A DNA stretch of 11,740 bases from an uncultured Chloroflexia bacterium (lineage in GTDB: Bacteria > Chloroflexota > Limnocylindria > Limnocylindrales > CSP1-4), in assembly GCA_963752475.1 (NCBI GenBank), contig CAVVYR010000035.1:1-11740 (forward strand), read 5' to 3'. Under the pieces are notes generated by a model. The model saw nothing but the letters and a program-made list of their open reading frames with translations. It had not been told where the DNA came from and did not search any database. The position numbers and the translations under genes were made by a program. Of this stretch, positions 7,871 through 11,740 are shown piece after piece; position 1 is the stretch's first letter, and each line of letters starts with the position of its first letter.

Positions 7871-8828
7871 ATGAGACTGAGCATCTTCTTGGACCCCCAG
7901 GAGGGAATGACCTATGCCGCGATGCTGGCCGCCGCGCAAGCGACGGAACGCGGCGGCTTCTACGGGCTGTACCGCTCTGACCATCTCGCCCCGACCTCGG
8001 GGCTCTTCGACCGCAATGCCACCGAGGCGTGGACGACGTTGCGCGGGACTGGCCCGCGAGACATCGAGGATCAGGCTCGGGACGTTGATCACGCCACTGA
8101 CTTTCCGGGAGCCTGCGTTGCTCTCCAAGATGGCCAGCACCGTCGCCGAGATGAGCGGTGGTCGCGTAGAGGTCTCCATCGGGACTGGCTGGAACACCGG
8201 CGAGCACGAGGCGCTGGGACTCGAGTTCGAGTCGTTGGGCGTCCGCTTCGAGCGACTCGAGGAATACGCCAAGGTCCTGATCGGCTTCTGGGGCGACGAG
8301 CGCTATCTCATTCGAGGGCACGTACTACAGCGCCTCGGATATCCTGCCGCGTCCGCTTCCCCGACCGCCGGCCTCGCATCATCATCGGCGGTCACGGCCG
8401 GCGCAAGACCCCGCTGCTCGCAGCGCGCTACGCCGACGAGTACAACATCGACTGGCCATCGCCTGAGCAGTGCAGCGAGCTCTTCGGGCGTCTCGATGGT
8501 GCCTGCGAGCAGGTGGGCCGCGAGCCAGGCTCCATCGAGCGTTCCGTCCTGCTCGGGGTCATCGTCGGGGAGACCGAGGCGGAGGTCCGCCGAGTGGTGC
8601 CTGCAGGCGTGAGCGAGCTCGGTGACAGCGACCCCGACGCATGGCTTGCTGAATGCTCCGGCCTGGAAGGCCGGGACACCTGACGAAATCATCGACTGGC
8701 TCCGTGCTACGAGGCCGTCGGCGTGGAGCACGCCATCCTGATGTACGCACCGTACGGCGACGTGAGCATCATCGACCTGCTGGCTCGGGAGGTGCTCCCG
8801 GCCTTCGGAGGAGGGATCGGAAGGGTGA
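7871..8828 (+). CDS. LLM-class, probably F420-dependent, oxidoreductase (TIGR03560/Rv1855c-like); at least 5 frameshifts as read
   Basis: Pieces across frames: MRLSIFLDPQEGMTY...YRSDH...EAWTTL / AGLARETSRIRLGTLITPLTFR...MSGGRVEVSIGTGW...EH / FEGTYY / PRIIIGGHGRRKTPLLAARYADEYN / GTPDEIIDWL / YEAVGV...DLLAREVLPAF. End inferred from the GTGA overlap at 8825-8828. Confidence 0.85.
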
Positions 8829-10523
8829 GCAGTTCGCCGCGGTTCGCGCTGGGCTTCGACTTCGGGACCGAGTCAGGAAGGGCGGTCCTCTTCGATGTCG
8901 CGAATGGGCGCTTGGTGAGTAGCGCCATCCATCCTTATTCGAACGGCGTCATCGATGAGCGGTTGCCCGCAGTCGGGCCGAACGCTCGGACCCGACTGGG
9001 CGCTGCAGGACCCCGACGACTACCTCGCCGTACTCCGCGGTGCCGGTCGCCGTGGGTCCAGGACGCCGGGGTCGATGCCGTTGACATCATCGGAGTCGGC
9101 ATCGACTTCACCGCCTGCACCATGCTGCCTACGACTGCCGATGGGACGCCGCTGCTGCACGCTCCCGCAATGGCGCGGCGAGCCGAATGCCTGGGTCAAG
9201 CTTTGGAAGCATCACGCCGCGCAGCCCTATGCCGATCAGATCAACAGGGCTGCGGAGACCGCACGTCCGGACTGCTGGCACGCCACGGCGGACGCTACTC
9301 GTCAGAGTGGTTCTGGTCCAAGGTGCTCCAGACCGTGAACGAGGCACCAGAGGTCCACGCGGCGGCCGAGCGCTACATCGAAGCCTGGACTGGATGGTCT
9401 GGCAACTCACCGGCGTGGAACGACGGCTGCCTGTGTGGCGGGCTACAAGGCGCTTGGGATCCGAAGAAGGTTTCCCCGACGAGTTCCTGGCGAGCCTCAC
9501 CCGAGCCTCGAGGGCATCGTCGAACTCGCATGCAGCGGGACCTCGACCCCTCGGCGAGCGAGCCGGCGGGCTCACCGATGAGTGGGCAGCGACACTCGGC
9601 CTGTTGCCCGACACCTCGGTCGCCATCTCGACGCTCGACGCGCACACATCGGTGCCGGCGACGGGCGTCACCGAGCCAGGTCGCATGGTCATGATCATGG
9701 GTACCTCCATCTGCCACCTCGTCATCGGCGAGGAGCGCCACGAGGTCGAGGGCATGTGTGGCGTGATCCAGGGTGGCATCACTCCCGGCACATGGGGCTT
9801 CGAAGCTGGCCAATCCTGTGTCGGCGACCATTTCGCCTGGTTCGTCGAGTCTCAGCTCCGGCAGAGTACGTGGCCGAGGCTGCGGACCGTGGCGTCTCGG
9901 TCAATCGAGTGCTGGAGGAGCGTGCGGCGCGGGATCGCACCTGGCGAGAGCGGTCTACTGGCACTGGACTGGTGGAACGGCAACCGATCGGTGCTGGTCG
10001 ATGCGGATCTGACCGGGCTGATGGTGGGCATGACGCTGCAGACCAAGCCAGAGGAGATGTACCGCGCCCTGATGGAGGCCACCGCATACGGCACGCGCGC
10101 CATCATCGAAGCATTCGAGCGACAGGGCGTGCCGGTCGCACAGTTGGTCGCATGCTGGTGGGCTGCCGGACGAGAGTCCATTGCTCATGCAGATCTTCTC
10201 CGATGTCACCGGCCGCGAGATCTGGGTCGCCCAGTCGCCGCAGACCCCGGCGTTGGGCGCAGCGATGCACGCTGCGGTCGCGGCCGGCAGTGAGCGAGGT
10301 GGGTATCGGGTCCATCGAGGAGGCAGCCGAACGCATGGGCCACCTGCGCGATGCCCCGTATCGCCCGGATGCCGAACGGGCCAGAGTCTACGACCGACTC
10401 TACTCCGAGTACAGGAGCCTCCACGACTATTTCGGTCGGGGTGGCAACGATGTGATGAAGCGCCTCAAGAGCCTCCGATTCGAGAGGTTGCAGGCTCGTG
10501 TCGAAGGAGGAAGAGATGCTTGA
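8825..10523 (+). CDS. araB: Ribulokinase (FGGY family, Bacillus AraB type); about 10 or more frameshifts as read
   Basis: Pieces across frames: [153 protein letters not shown] lies upstream of GTG 8825. Confidence 0.9.
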
Positions 10524-11253
10524 CGCCGTAAGGCAGGAGGTCTGCCAACTCAACCAGGAGCTACCGCGCAATGGCCTTGCGCCGTGGACGGCCGGCAACC
10601 TGAGCGCTCGAGACCCTGAGAGCGGTCTCGTCGTCATCAAGCCGAGCGGTGTCCGATACGAGGCCATGTCTGCCGAGTCCATGGTCGTCCTCGACCTCGA
10701 GGGTGCTGTCGTCGAGGGGCCACTACAGCCATCTGTGGACGCGGCCTCGCACTTGTACGTCTATCGCCATCGACCCGAAGTGCACGGCGTCGTGCATACG
10801 CACTCGCCATATGCGACGGCATTCGCTGCGGTAGGCCAGCCGCTGCCCGTGTACCTGACGGCGATGGCTGATCAGTTCGGTGGGCCCGTGCCCGTGGGGC
10901 GCTACGTGGCGCCGATCGGTGGGGAAGCCATCGGCGCCGAGATCCTGGCCTCTATCGGCGACTCTCCAGCTGTCCTGATGCAGAATCACGGCGTCTTCAC
11001 GATCGGAGCGACTGCCACGGCCGCCCTCCAGGCGGCAGTGATGCTCGAAGAGAACGCGAAGACGATCGCTATCGCGCTAACGATCGGAACTCCGTCGGAG
11101 ATCCCAGCCGAACACGTCGACCGTCAAAGGGAGTTCTATCTGACTCAGTACGGGCAGAAGCGAGGAGGTCCCTCGAAGGTGCTCGATGGCCAGGGCTGTC
11201 CAGTGATTCGGCGAGGCGCCAGGTGTCGACCCGCCCCTTCCACCGAGTCCTAG
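10516..11253 (+). CDS. araD: L-ribulose-5-phosphate 4-epimerase (class II aldolase/adducin family)
   Basis: AAGGAGG RBS at 10504-10510. Motifs [20 protein letters not shown] (Asp as in AraD, not the Glu of FucA), [14 protein letters not shown] and Y..YGQ near the C-terminus. Overlaps the araB stop. Confidence 0.88.
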   Translation: MLDAVRQEVCQLNQELPRNGLAPWTAGNLSARDPESGLVVIKPSGVRYEAMSAESMVVLDLEGAVVEGPLQPSVDAASHLYVYRHRPEVHGVVHTHSPYATAFAAVGQPLPVYLTAMADQFGGPVPVGRYVAPIGGEAIGAEILASIGDSPAVLMQNHGVFTIGATATAALQAAVMLEENAKTIAIALTIGTPSEIPAEHVDRQREFYLTQYGQKRGGPSKVLDGQGCPVIRRGARCRPAPSTES

Positions 11254-11586
11254 ACGGTCACAGTCGCTGTGGATGACGACCACTTTGAGCACCAGACGGT
11301 CGCAGAGGCACCGTGAGGCGCCTCCACGACGTACCCGACTGATTGGGTCGTCTCGACACAGCCAGACCAGCTGATCGGAGTCCCAGCCGTGGCCACACGG
11401 TGACTGACCCGGTGATTGACCATAGTGGTCGGACAGGCCCGAATCCGTGCTCAGGAAGCCCCCCGAACCCGTCGGCTGTCCTCCGATTGGTCGCGTAGCT
11501 TTGCAGCCGACCAACGGAGCCGCCTCCCATCGACCGGCGAACGAGGTCCCGGTTCGTGCTGCTGTCGGTTGGTATCTGGTCCGTGC

Positions 11587-11595
11587 TGATAGCGT
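11587..11595 (+). promoter_or_regulatory. Possible extended -10 promoter element
   Basis: TG-A-TAGCGT, about 28 nt upstream of ATG 11623. The -35 match is weak. Confidence 0.3.
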
Positions 11596-11622
11596 GGTGT
11601 CCTAGCGACAGGAGACCCATCG

Positions 11623-11740
11623 ATGTGCTCGGACCCCGACAGCCACCCTCCCATCGACCCTGCGGGTCACGGCTCGGCCAACGGTAACGAGATCGGCCTC
11701 ATCGTCGGTGACGGCAACCGCTGCACCGCCTACCAGGCCG
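11623..11740 (+). CDS. 5' end of a probable dienelactone hydrolase family protein (runs off the window)
   Basis: AGGAG at 11610-11614, then an open frame MCSDPDSHPPIDPAGHGSANGNEIGLIVGDGNRCTAYQA. This resembles from memory the MC.D.D..PP...L...DG.RF.AY.A N-terminus of a dienelactone hydrolase subfamily. Not in the ORF track because it is truncated. Confidence 0.55.
   Translation, partial: MCSDPDSHPPIDPAGHGSANGNEIGLIVGDGNRCTAYQA

Noticed and set aside
8040-10320. Programmed ribosomal frameshifting or phase variation
   Set aside because: There are too many shifts, in both directions, and no slippery heptamers or simple-sequence tracts at the sites.
308-11654. Numerous antisense and alternate-frame ORFs (e.g. 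308..1129-, 2315..3088-, 3383..4039-, 6872..7690-, 9129..9791-)
   Set aside because: Shadow ORFs expected in GC-rich coding DNA; Arg/Pro/Ser-rich with no recognisable motifs.
1-11740. CRISPR array, tRNA/rRNA, transposase or defence system
   Set aside because: No regularly spaced repeats, RNA-gene signatures or matching protein motifs were seen.

Overview
GC-rich bacterial window holding one sugar-uptake and catabolism locus. A tandem-cupin gene converges on a SorC/DeoR/LsrR-family regulator. The regulator is divergent from an operon encoding an atypical CBS-less KpsF/GutQ-type SIS isomerase, a CUT2 sugar ABC transporter (ATPase, two permeases, RhaS/LsrB-like binding protein), an F420-type LLM oxidoreductase, an AraB-like ribulokinase and an AraD-like L-ribulose-5-phosphate 4-epimerase. 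No L-arabinose isomerase (araA) is present in the window. The SIS protein and the binding protein both differ from characterised relatives at key residues, so the locus may encode an undescribed pentose/pentitol or rare-sugar entry pathway. The LLM and araB genes are broken by many frameshifts that look like sequencing indels. A probable dienelactone-hydrolase-family gene starts at the right edge. Family assignments and residue comparisons are by eye and from memory, not from database searches.
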